64,000 bases of DNA from IMG/VR virus record IMGVR_UViG_3300033489_000513, one strand, 5' to 3'. Origin of the DNA: a virus. Of the stretch, positions 9,501 through 18,456 are shown in pieces. How positions within the stretch are numbered: position 1 is the stretch's first letter; each line of letters starts with the position of its first letter. Under the pieces are notes generated by a model. That model searched no databases. It was not told where the DNA came from and was given only the letters and a program-made list of their open reading frames with translations. The position numbers and the translations under genes were made by a program.

Positions 9501-9872
9501 TTACTTAATAATGAAGAAAAGAGATTCAAAGAATACAAATACAAATATCAACGTTATCAATAATTTCCAATACTTTAATTGTTTTTTATTTTTCTGGCTA
9601 TCCAAATGCAACTCCTGAAACTCCGCTTGTAATTGAACTAATTTCGAGTTTTGTTGTAGGATATATTCCTTATCTTCCTTTGCTCGTTGTGCGCTTATCT
9701 TTTGTTCTTCTTCTCGCATTTGTATGATATAATTTGAAGGATTTAATCCACCTAACCAATAGTGAATATCTGCACCGCAAGAAGTACAATAGCGAATGGT
9801 ATTTAGAACGAGATGCCCGCAGGCAGGACAATTATCTTTAGTTGTGTCTAGTTCAAACATATTATTCCCCAT
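9501..9872 (-). CDS. double Zn-ribbon, coiled-coil, C-terminal TM protein
   Basis: CPAC..CTSC; hydrophobic C-terminal 20 aa. Confidence 0.6.
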   Translation of the reverse strand: MGNNMFELDTTKDNCPACGHLVLNTIRYCTSCGADIHYWLGGLNPSNYIIQMREEEQKISAQRAKEDKEYILQQNSKLVQLQAEFQELHLDSQKNKKQLKYWKLLITLIFVFVFFESLFFIIK

Positions 9873-9900
9873 ATTTTTAAAAATAAAGAAAATTAAAAGA

Positions 9901-10155
9901 TTACTTTTCCTTTAGAATGAAAACAACTATAGGTCTCCCGCGCTTGCTATTTTGGGTAGGATATTTATCCACGATATTCCGATTCATTAATTTAGATAAT
10001 GTATCGTAAATCGTAGTCCTCGCAGTTTTGAGTTGGACTACTATATCCCCGCGAGTCATTGGACCTTTAGATCCCAAGAGTTCGACAATATCCTTCTCTA
10101 AATCCGAATTTAGGACATATTGATTTCCTTTCTGGTATATGGTTGAAATTACCAT
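9901..10155 (-). CDS. TrmB-like winged-helix transcription regulator
   Basis: GPMTRGDIVVQLKTARTTIYDTLSKLMNRNIV...KRGRP. Confidence 0.75.
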   Translation of the reverse strand: MVISTIYQKGNQYVLNSDLEKDIVELLGSKGPMTRGDIVVQLKTARTTIYDTLSKLMNRNIVDKYPTQNSKRGRPIVVFILKEK

Positions 10156-10205
10156 AGGCTCTCACAAATCATTTATTACAAGTTATATATTAAAATGTCG
10201 GTTAT

Positions 10206-10718
10206 TTATAGATGAGATTCTTCTTCTTGTTCTTCTTCCTCTTCCTCTTCCTCTTCCTCATTTATTTTGTAGGGGTGTTTATTGAAAAAATCTTCAATAA
10301 GAGAGAGACTTCTTTCCCCAAAAGTTTCACGACTTTTATCCTGCCAAGGTTTATCTCGTGAAGGTCTTATACCTTCTGCGTTATCATCCGTGCGACCAAT
10401 ACAAACTTTTACGGATCCCCTAACTCGTTGTCCATAACAGATTTTAATTGCACGAGCATAGTAGGGATTATCTGATGATTCGTGACAACATCCCGCTCCA
10501 CCAAATGATATTTCGTCCCAGTTTTTATTCACGGATTTCGCATAGAAAATAGGATCATTCATTATGATATTTTGGGAAACACATCCATAATTCCAAGAAA
10601 TCGTGAGATCGGGAATTTCAAGGATCATCTTTTTCGCGAGTTCTAATTGTTCATTCATACTTTTACTCATTTCATCATATTTCGTTTTTTCCTGGGTTAT
10701 TTCAGAGATTATGTCCAT
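10206..10718 (-). CDS. hypothetical protein with poly-Glu tail
   Basis: likely start MDIISE; EEEEEEEEEQEEE tail. Confidence 0.55.
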   Translation of the reverse strand: MDIISEITQEKTKYDEMSKSMNEQLELAKKMILEIPDLTISWNYGCVSQNIIMNDPIFYAKSVNKNWDEISFGGAGCCHESSDNPYYARAIKICYGQRVRGSVKVCIGRTDDNAEGIRPSRDKPWQDKSRETFGERSLSLIEDFFNKHPYKINEEEEEEEEEEQEEESHL

Positions 10719-11490
10719 TTTTATCACCAAGCGATTTTGATGGTAAACGCTCATCCTCACAGAATTGTTTGAGATAGTTAGAATCTTGAGTGAAAACAGG
10801 AATTTCCAAATCTACCACCCATTTCGGGCGGGAGATAAATCCTTGAAAATGCTCATTTTTAACTTCATATGTTTGTTCTCTTTTAATAATACACCGCCCA
10901 TTCTTTAAAATTGTCGGAAGATTAGCCCAGTTCTGTCCCTTTGCAAAGCATAGTTCATGCAATTCCGATTTCTTCTTCCCCGCCAAATGTCGGTGGGAAT
11001 AAAGAGAACGAGCCAACATCTGGAGAGAATTGCGGGACCAATCGTTTTGTCGATGAATAAAGTAGTTCTGAATCTCATATGGAGGAAGTATGAAAGCGCG
11101 GCTATCAAACGTTACAATGTAATTTGGTTTGAAATCGTGTTCATATTTCCATTTCATTGTCGCGGCTGCGGCCAAACTCGCGGAGATACTACAAAGTTTC
11201 GCATAAACATTTCCAAACCACGGTTCTTGCGGGGATTGATTGTAAACGAGAAGATTTATTTCATCCGATTGGAGATAAGCAACTTTTGTATTACTTATTT
11301 CCTTACATAAGGCAATGCCTACGGTATTCATTAATTCAATTAATTGAAAATCAAATGGTTTTTCCATCCCTCTCGTAAATTTATGAAAACAATGGCCATC
11401 CACGCGAATGATGAGGGGAAAATTGGGCGGAAGAATAAGGTGGGTTGTTTCCTCATATTTCTTCATCCGATCCCCGAGCGAATCATCCAT
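10702..11490 (-). CDS. thg1: tRNA(His) guanylyltransferase Thg1-like protein (3'-5' polymerase)
   Basis: LGDRMKKYE, IIRVDGHCFHKFT, YLQSDEI, FDSRAF, RQNDWSRNS motifs; start at MDDSL. Confidence 0.92.
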   Translation of the reverse strand: MDDSLGDRMKKYEETTHLILPPNFPLIIRVDGHCFHKFTRGMEKPFDFQLIELMNTVGIALCKEISNTKVAYLQSDEINLLVYNQSPQEPWFGNVYAKLCSISASLAAAATMKWKYEHDFKPNYIVTFDSRAFILPPYEIQNYFIHRQNDWSRNSLQMLARSLYSHRHLAGKKKSELHELCFAKGQNWANLPTILKNGRCIIKREQTYEVKNEHFQGFISRPKWVVDLEIPVFTQDSNYLKQFCEDERLPSKSLGDKNGHNL

Positions 11491-11513
11491 AGTTAAACCT
11501 CTCACGCAGAATT

Positions 11514-11738
11514 TCACTGATATTTTTTAGCGAATTGTGATTCGGGATATAATTTAATTGTTTCCTTGATAATTTCTTTTGTGATTTTGGAGATGTTAGA
11601 AAGTAATAAGGGATTAGGTTTCCATCCATTAAGATCATCACCAAATTTAACTTCAATCCCCGCATCCCAAAACCACGAAATTTGGAGGTTGATCTCGGAA
11701 TTATAAAGGTCTTGAAGAACTGTTTCTAATTTATGCAT
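11514..11738 (-). CDS. hypothetical protein
   Basis: 74-aa ORF, ISWFWDAGIEVKFGD pattern. Confidence 0.55.
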   Translation of the reverse strand: MHKLETVLQDLYNSEINLQISWFWDAGIEVKFGDDLNGWKPNPLLLSNISKITKEIIKETIKLYPESQFAKKYQ

Positions 11739-11750
11739 AAGATATCCTTC

Positions 11751-12161
11751 TTACTTGGTTTCATCATCAAAAAATCCCGCGCGATCATATTCTTTAATTT
11801 GTTTAATAATTTCTGCATAAAATTCATCATTAGTGATTTCAATTAAATCTTTATGAGCACGGGGATGATTACGTAATTCTAGTTCAATCTTAAGGATGTT
11901 AGGATGATAAAAATCCACTATCAGAATATGAGCCTGTGAATTATCGTATAAAGGTCGATTAAGATATTTAATTAAGGACTCTTCTCCTTTAAAACAACAC
12001 CCACGCAAATTCTTTAATTCTTTAATGTTCTGGGTTGCTTTCAACTCTTTAAGATCTTCTTCTAATTGCATAATTTCGCGGAAATATGGACGATATTGAG
12101 CATTCTTTTCCGTGATTTCTTTTTCTTTTGCTTGAATTAAATTTGAAGCAGTTTCATCCAT
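11751..12161 (-). CDS. hypothetical protein
   Basis: 136-aa ORF. Confidence 0.55.
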   Translation of the reverse strand: MDETASNLIQAKEKEITEKNAQYRPYFREIMQLEEDLKELKATQNIKELKNLRGCCFKGEESLIKYLNRPLYDNSQAHILIVDFYHPNILKIELELRNHPRAHKDLIEITNDEFYAEIIKQIKEYDRAGFFDDETK

Positions 12162-12328
12162 TTTTTAATTCCTCTTAATACCGAGATTATGTATCTTCAA
12201 GGTTAGCACAATCGAAGGCAAAGACCTCGCGGCAAGCACTTTCCAGAATGCATCCCTCGCATTTACAGCCACAATCATCAATTTCCATACATAATGCTTC
12301 GAGACGTTTATATTGCTCAACAGACAAT

Positions 12329-13120
12329 TTAGTCTCCTTCATAACTCTCTTCCTCGCTAACCCGAGGCGCTAAGAAATAAATGATCTTTCCCTTTTCTTT
12401 TACATCGGGGACGGAAATATCAAATTCAAATTTTAGAGGGGAGTTTTCCGCAATATTAAGCGTAACCTTATCTACAATCGAAGAAACCTTGAGGATATTC
12501 TTCAAGAACGACAAGGAAAATACGCCCCTCCCATCTTTCTGGATGTCTGCCGCTTCGAGATGATCTTGATCCAGTTGATACTCAATATCCCCAACTTCGC
12601 CTTCAGCAGTCATCTTGAGTCCATCTTTATTAATTTGAATTTCCAAAGTATCTTGGTAAATTTCTGCATCTTTGATTGCTTGATCCAAGATATCAATATC
12701 GAAGGTTACTTTTGCCTCGAATTTTACGTCTAATTCTGTGGAAGGAGGTATTTTTTCGGCATCAACATCAATAAGACGCAAGCTGAAAGTTCGAGTTCCA
12801 CGACCCTTCATTTGAACTTGGAATTTTTCGGACTCTTTCTGGTGCTTAAACTCAATCGCATCAGATCCGCCCGCGCGCTTCATAATTTTGGTCATATCTT
12901 CTAAGTTAATGCCCAATTTCACTTGCTCTTTGCATTCATATCCCCCATTAAAAAGTTCTTTGGGAAGAGTCATACTCATTAGGCATATATGACTTTCATC
13001 CATCGCGTCCAGTTTCAAGCCCTTTTCATCCGCCACAAAATAGGTTTCATCAATAATGGCTGAAACAGCATCGATTATGCCTTTCAGAAGTTTGGAATCT
13101 TGCATTTTAGCAGATAACAT
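12329..13120 (-). CDS. pcn: archaeal DNA polymerase sliding clamp PCNA
   Basis: KGIIDAVSAIIDE...LDAMDESHICLM...LGINLEDM..FSLSFLKNILK...NSPLKFEF...YFLAPR; start at MLSAK. Confidence 0.95.
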   Translation of the reverse strand: MLSAKMQDSKLLKGIIDAVSAIIDETYFVADEKGLKLDAMDESHICLMSMTLPKELFNGGYECKEQVKLGINLEDMTKIMKRAGGSDAIEFKHQKESEKFQVQMKGRGTRTFSLRLIDVDAEKIPPSTELDVKFEAKVTFDIDILDQAIKDAEIYQDTLEIQINKDGLKMTAEGEVGDIEYQLDQDHLEAADIQKDGRGVFSLSFLKNILKVSSIVDKVTLNIAENSPLKFEFDISVPDVKEKGKIIYFLAPRVSEEESYEGD

Positions 13121-13176
13121 AAAGGATCCTCTAAAAGTTCTATATGAGAAATTTAGACGTGGGAGTATTTTAATAT

Positions 13177-13195
13177 TTGTGAGAAGAGTTATTAA
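13177..13195 (+). promoter_or_regulatory. class A promoter TTGTGAGAAGAG-TTATTAA
   Basis: TATA 23 nt upstream of ligase ATG. Confidence 0.6.
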
Positions 13196-13218
13196 CCCGA
13201 ACATTTAATCAATGACAT

Positions 13219-14280
13219 ATGTTGGAACACGAATTCGAAATTTGTTGGGATGATCTAAAACCAATTCTCGCGGCTCACAAAGAATTTGCCGTGAAAGAGG
13301 AAGTAGTAAATGGACACTTCTTGAAGATCGTGTGTTATATTTATCAAGAGGAAGAAACTTTCGATTCTCCCATTGCGCGTGAACTTAGGGGAATCGTTTT
13401 CGATGAAGATGGGACTTGTATTTGCCGTCCCTTCCACAAATTCTTTAATGTGGGAGAAATCCAGATGAAAAAGACCGTTGAGCCAAACTGGGCCAAAGCA
13501 ACGTTCTCCCAGAAATGGGATGGGAGTATACTTATGCCTGTTTTATTGGATGGTAAAGTTTTTTGGAAAAGTCGGAAGAGTTTCTATTCTGATACCGTGG
13601 TAAAAGCAAAGCAATTTACTTGCCAATTAGAATATTTGGATCTTGTAATGAAATATTTGGAAAAAGGACAAACGCCTCTTTTTGAATTGGTAGGTCCTCA
13701 TAATCCTCTCGTTATTCAATATGAAAAAGATGATCTTGTTTTTCTCGCGGCTCGTGATATGAAATCGGGACATTATACTGAATTTTGCGATCAATTTCCT
13801 ATGAAATGGGTGGATGTCCCTGCGATGGAAGGTGTGGAAGGATTTGTCGTGTGGGACACTCAGGAACTCTATAAATTAAAAACGAAATGGTATATGGAAC
13901 GATTCCGCGTGACAATGGGAAAAAGTGTTCGATCTATCGTAGAAGCCGCCCTCGCGAATAAGATTGATGATATGCTTCCTTTGGTAACAACTCTCACGTG
14001 GAAAGAAGAAATCCAACAAATCGCCAAGAATGTATACTATGATTTGGATCAGAAGTTGACTGCAATTGAAGTTGCCTATGCATCCATTGATCATACTTTC
14101 TCCCAAAAGGATTTTGCAATGGACGTGAATGCCAAATATTCCTCTCTCTCCAAATACATTTTTATGCGAAGAGCAGGAAAAGACGAAAAATGTATTCAGA
14201 AAGTTAAAGAGGATATAGCGAGAGATTGGCGAAAATATATCGTTTCACCAGATAATCCCTTAGATCCAGAGGGAGATTAA
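13219..14280 (+). CDS. T4 Rnl1-like RNA ligase
   Basis: RELRGIVF..RPFHKFFNVGE, motif I KWDGS, FELVGPHNPLV, EGFVV, KLKTKWY. Confidence 0.85.
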   Translation: MLEHEFEICWDDLKPILAAHKEFAVKEEVVNGHFLKIVCYIYQEEETFDSPIARELRGIVFDEDGTCICRPFHKFFNVGEIQMKKTVEPNWAKATFSQKWDGSILMPVLLDGKVFWKSRKSFYSDTVVKAKQFTCQLEYLDLVMKYLEKGQTPLFELVGPHNPLVIQYEKDDLVFLAARDMKSGHYTEFCDQFPMKWVDVPAMEGVEGFVVWDTQELYKLKTKWYMERFRVTMGKSVRSIVEAALANKIDDMLPLVTTLTWKEEIQQIAKNVYYDLDQKLTAIEVAYASIDHTFSQKDFAMDVNAKYSSLSKYIFMRRAGKDEKCIQKVKEDIARDWRKYIVSPDNPLDPEGD

Positions 14281-14771
14281 TGCCATTCAAATATGATGAA
14301 CATAGAAAAAAATGTAAATCTCAAACAGGAGAATTATGTGAAGGATTTCGATCAGCAGTAAAACAAGGGATTATCATTTTAGTTGAAAATGAACGCGCAT
14401 TTTATTTGGTAAAAGAAGACCCTACATATGATAGATTTTGTTGGTTGAAAGAGAATTGGGGTAAACCTCCAACTCCTTATTCTCCGCTCGCGTTAAAAGA
14501 AGGATATTTATTTCATACTATAGTGCTCGCCAAGAAACTCGAATTTTGTCCGTTCTGTGGCGTGAAAATTAATTTACTTCCCAAACGATGTCAACATTGC
14601 CATAAAAAAACGAAAAAGATTCTCTATTGGAATGAAATAATAATGGAATCGGCAGATGCGATTCTCTGTTTATGTAAAAAATGTGCCGATTCTATCTATG
14701 ATAGTTATGGGCGGGAAGCAGAAGAATATCAACAGATGGAAGAAAAGAAAAGAAAAGAATTGTATGATTGA
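14280..14771 (+). CDS. Cys-rich hypothetical protein
   Basis: FCPFCG, CQHC, CKKC. Confidence 0.55.
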   Translation: MPFKYDEHRKKCKSQTGELCEGFRSAVKQGIIILVENERAFYLVKEDPTYDRFCWLKENWGKPPTPYSPLALKEGYLFHTIVLAKKLEFCPFCGVKINLLPKRCQHCHKKTKKILYWNEIIMESADAILCLCKKCADSIYDSYGREAEEYQQMEEKKRKELYD

Positions 14772-14775
14772 GAGG

Positions 14776-14792
14776 TTGTGAGAAGGTTTAAA
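14776..14792 (+). promoter_or_regulatory. class A promoter TTGTGAGAAGG-TTTAAA
   Basis: 25 nt upstream of ATG 14818; identical core at 20612-20628. Confidence 0.6.
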
Positions 14793-14817
14793 AAATCTAT
14801 CGTCCTTTCATATTTGT

Positions 14818-15006
14818 ATGTCCAAGAAAGTTTCAGACCAGCCTCTCATCCGAAAGGGACCTAAATTTTTAGATGAAGAAATAGATGAAATTGCTCTTTC
14901 CAAATTGGGGAAATGTTTAAGGTGTGGGTGTGATAAGTCCCGAATGGGAAAATCTATATTCTGTAAAGAACATCAAATAACTCTTGAAGATGTGAAAGAT
15001 TTATGA
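14818..15006 (+). CDS. small Zn-finger protein
   Basis: CLRC...FCKEH. Confidence 0.55.
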   Translation: MSKKVSDQPLIRKGPKFLDEEIDEIALSKLGKCLRCGCDKSRMGKSIFCKEHQITLEDVKDL

Positions 15007-17813
15007 GCGATATAATAAAATGTGTATGTTGTAATTCTAACGAAAATGCACCATATACTTTACATGGGTATCCGTTCTGTGAGACTTGTTGTAATCTCGG
15101 ATATTATGTTTCCCCCGAATACAAATATCTAACCACATTAAATATATCTGAACGAATTGGTGCTTACAAAGAGGCCATATATGCTTACGTGCGGCGGTTC
15201 CGAAAAGAACATTGTACCCATTATATTACAATAGGAACGTTTGTATGTGGTATTACAATGAGAAATGGATTCGATTGTTGGGGTTGCGGGGCGTTTAACG
15301 CGAAAACGCCCGCTGAAAAGGAAAAGAAGTCTACTGATTGTCGGAAATGCGTTCATTGGTTCACGAAAAATCAAATATGTGATCAAATTCCTGATATTCA
15401 AGAGGATAATTGTTTGAAATTTATTGCGCGGGCGTGTGAAAACTGTGCAAACGAAAAAGCTCAAACATGTTATGGAGTAATAGGTCATTGTTTCGATTAT
15501 AATCTTTGGCAACCCCACAAGGAAATATCCTGCAGACATTGTGGGAAGTTTCATAGTTCAGGAGAGAGAACTTGTGATAATTGTGGGAGCAAGTGTGGGA
15601 TTGGAATATGTACCAAACATTCCCAGTGGACATCAAAAATAATAAAACAAGAAGAGAAACCAGTGAAGAAAAAGGAGGTTTGTGGAAATTGTGTGAAGTG
15701 GATGCAATGTCCCACGGGAGATTCCAACTATGGAAAATGTTCTGATCCTACAGGTTACGTAAGTAATCCTAGAAAGGATTGTACTCCTATGACTACTACC
15801 TGCTTCACGCTCCGCCCGATGAATGCCGTAAAACCGATTCAAGACAAGTTCACGGATTGTATCACGAATCATCTTTTTTCCGCGTGTTATGTAAAAAACA
15901 AAGAATGTCTCGAACAACCTAAATGTATCCTTTGTGGAGAACGCGTGTGTTATCTTCAATCTTATCATAGTAATAACGAACATTTATGCAAAAAATGTTT
16001 TGATGACGGAAAAGGTTGGGAGAAAGTGGAGAAACTCAAAGAAAAGCTAGAATTAATTCAACCTAAATCCTGCGGTATATGTATGCATTTTCATGAAGAT
16101 GCTTCCTTTAAAACAAAGGGTACGGATCTTGAAGGATATTGCGATGTTAAGAATAGAAGGATACCCGTGGGAAAGAAATGGGGTAACGCCTGCACGGAAG
16201 GATTTGTTAAAAAAAGACAGCCCTCGCCGCGTACCTGCGAGACTTGCGGGCACTTTCACATAGTAAACGATAAAGATTTTCCGCAGCGGGGTGGATATTG
16301 TGATGCGATGGCAGGTAAATCAAAAGAAGGTTATTTTACCATCGCCAAAGAACACTTGATTAACCTATGTTGTGTGGATGCGGATGGTATTAACCAATAC
16401 ATCCCAATTACTTCGCCAGTATGCGCGCGGTGTGGTGGTTCAGAACAGATAGTAGGCGAAATAGATATTGCGGAAGGACAACCGCCTCATCTCGTGAAAA
16501 TTTGTAAAATATGTTCCTCCAAATTAAACACGAAACAAGGACCTAGAAGTTGGTATTCAATATATCAAGAGGAAACCCGCGCGAGTAAAGTACGGCACTG
16601 CGATAAGGACAAACAAGTAGAACTAACCCAACCGTGCGTGAGATGTGGTAATGCATCAACTCATAAAGAATTTGCATTTGAGTGGAATGGAGAAATAAGC
16701 GAATCCACCCACATCCCGATATGTTACAAATGTTCGGAAGAATTTAAGGCAATAAAAACTAATTTATATTTCCAACAGCTTCGAGAAAAAGAGCGCGCGG
16801 CGGGAAGAATCTGGTACTGCGATAAATCTCCAAAAGAACAAAATAAATTTATGAAAGATTTATGTGATGAAATTATGACTCCGCAAATGTGGACATATGA
16901 ATGTACTGAATGGGGATCAACCAAAGAATGTGGGGATTGCTCGTGCCGTATAGAATACCCTTTCAAAAGCGGTGAACCAACCACAGATGAAGAGAAGATT
17001 AACTTGATTTGTCATTTCGATTGTGATGCGAAACATACCAAGAAATTTATCCGAATCAAAGAAAAGGAAGTGAAAATGAAAATGAAATGTCCAAATTGTG
17101 GAAAAATAGATGAAGCAGGACAAAAATATTGTGAAGGTTGTGGATCGCTTCTCCAAGATCCGCAAGTAGCGAAAGAAACCGCTGATTTGATGAAAGAAAA
17201 TGAATTGTTACTCAAGGAACAAGTGGAATATTTTGAAAAATGGCAGGGAGCGGAAGGGATAATAAAGAAGAATGATGAGACTATAAATGCATTAAATGAA
17301 AAAAATCAAGCATTAACAGAGGAGAATGCCAAATTGAAGCACAATGGTATCCCACGCCACTGCCATAAATGTATTGACCTCAAAATCGGGGAGTGGCCGT
17401 GTAAATATTGGCAACACGATGATACTTGGATGAATCCCTTTCATTTCCATTGCGCTAAACCCAAACACAAACCAAAGAAAACTACTTCCATCAATCATCT
17501 TCAGCGACAGATTAAAACCCACATACAACAAGTTAAATCTAAACAACATAAAATCGAGAATGAAGCAAAAAGAATCGTCCGCCAAATATATCGCGTTTGG
17601 AAAATAGTGCCAAATAATCTTTCATTTGGAGATTTTGAATATAAAGATAGTACTTACTTCTATTGGAAAGGTAATTATATTCTAAAATATGATACGGATG
17701 GTTTGTTTTTGAACTCTGTTGAAATCAAAGATTTCGAAAAATATGAAGAATGCAAACATCTCATCGAACCCGCCCTCCAAAAATATCTGGAAGAGAAACT
17801 TGCGGAGGGATAA
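15003..17813 (+). CDS. large multi-Zn-finger protein (936 aa)
   Basis: about 20 CxxC motifs, coiled coil near C-terminus. Confidence 0.75.
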   Translation: MSDIIKCVCCNSNENAPYTLHGYPFCETCCNLGYYVSPEYKYLTTLNISERIGAYKEAIYAYVRRFRKEHCTHYITIGTFVCGITMRNGFDCWGCGAFNAKTPAEKEKKSTDCRKCVHWFTKNQICDQIPDIQEDNCLKFIARACENCANEKAQTCYGVIGHCFDYNLWQPHKEISCRHCGKFHSSGERTCDNCGSKCGIGICTKHSQWTSKIIKQEEKPVKKKEVCGNCVKWMQCPTGDSNYGKCSDPTGYVSNPRKDCTPMTTTCFTLRPMNAVKPIQDKFTDCITNHLFSACYVKNKECLEQPKCILCGERVCYLQSYHSNNEHLCKKCFDDGKGWEKVEKLKEKLELIQPKSCGICMHFHEDASFKTKGTDLEGYCDVKNRRIPVGKKWGNACTEGFVKKRQPSPRTCETCGHFHIVNDKDFPQRGGYCDAMAGKSKEGYFTIAKEHLINLCCVDADGINQYIPITSPVCARCGGSEQIVGEIDIAEGQPPHLVKICKICSSKLNTKQGPRSWYSIYQEETRASKVRHCDKDKQVELTQPCVRCGNASTHKEFAFEWNGEISESTHIPICYKCSEEFKAIKTNLYFQQLREKERAAGRIWYCDKSPKEQNKFMKDLCDEIMTPQMWTYECTEWGSTKECGDCSCRIEYPFKSGEPTTDEEKINLICHFDCDAKHTKKFIRIKEKEVKMKMKCPNCGKIDEAGQKYCEGCGSLLQDPQVAKETADLMKENELLLKEQVEYFEKWQGAEGIIKKNDETINALNEKNQALTEENAKLKHNGIPRHCHKCIDLKIGEWPCKYWQHDDTWMNPFHFHCAKPKHKPKKTTSINHLQRQIKTHIQQVKSKQHKIENEAKRIVRQIYRVWKIVPNNLSFGDFEYKDSTYFYWKGNYILKYDTDGLFLNSVEIKDFEKYEECKHLIEPALQKYLEEKLAEG

Positions 17814-18116
17814 ATGGTGAAAATAATTCTCCCTAAAATTTCTAAGGAAGAATATGAAGAAATCGTACAGATTCTACAAGCAGAATTTTTCTTACTTGAC
17901 TCTGGTTGGGAAACGGAATCCGCATATTTTATTCTTCCAAATGGGTGGATAGTTCCCTCTCTCTTACAACCTTATATCGAACTAAATGTTCAATTATCCA
18001 AAGCTAAATATTTCGCCAAAATAAAAAGAATGCCTCTTTCCGAAGTATTCACGGATGAAATTCCCAAAGGTTTTTGGGAGGATATTTTCAATGGTGAGAA
18101 AAATGAAGATGTCTGA
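17814..18116 (+). CDS. hypothetical protein
   Basis: 100-aa ORF abutting previous stop. Confidence 0.55.
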   Translation: MVKIILPKISKEEYEEIVQILQAEFFLLDSGWETESAYFILPNGWIVPSLLQPYIELNVQLSKAKYFAKIKRMPLSEVFTDEIPKGFWEDIFNGEKNEDV

Positions 18117-18342
18117 AGATATAATTAAATGCGGACATTGTCCAATGCAAACGAAGGGAAATCCACATTCGGGGAAAGATGTGATCGATGCAGGATTTCA
18201 CTTCATTAATTCATTTAGAAGAAGTTGGTCTATTCTCTGTGATACGTGTTATCAAAAAGTGCGAAAGTTAGCTGAAGAAATTCTGAAATATATTCCTGAC
18301 AAGGATCTTTATTTTCCTGCATTATTTGAGAATAAGGAATAA
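18103..18342 (+). CDS. small Zn-finger protein
   Basis: likely start MKMSED; CGHC..CDTC. Confidence 0.5.
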   Translation: MKMSEDIIKCGHCPMQTKGNPHSGKDVIDAGFHFINSFRRSWSILCDTCYQKVRKLAEEILKYIPDKDLYFPALFENKE

Positions 18343-18456
18343 ATCCCCATTTTTGTCCGAATGTTCCTTTTTTTGTCCGAACCTAGAAAATTATTATAAG
18401 GCTCCCGCCTAATAGTGATCTGCTCGCTGTCGTTCTCACAATTTGGAGGAACATTT

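Noticed and set aside
13121-13204. N-terminal extensions of PCNA (to 13204), DUF2828 (to 31388) and the ArdC-like gene (to 62057) given by the ORF track
   Set aside because: Homology-like sequence and RBS/promoter positions favour downstream starts at 13120, 31361 and 61943; the extensions overlap regulatory or neighbouring features.
15003-17813. Multiheme cytochrome
   Set aside because: CxxC motifs are not followed by His (no CxxCH series) and there is no signal peptide.
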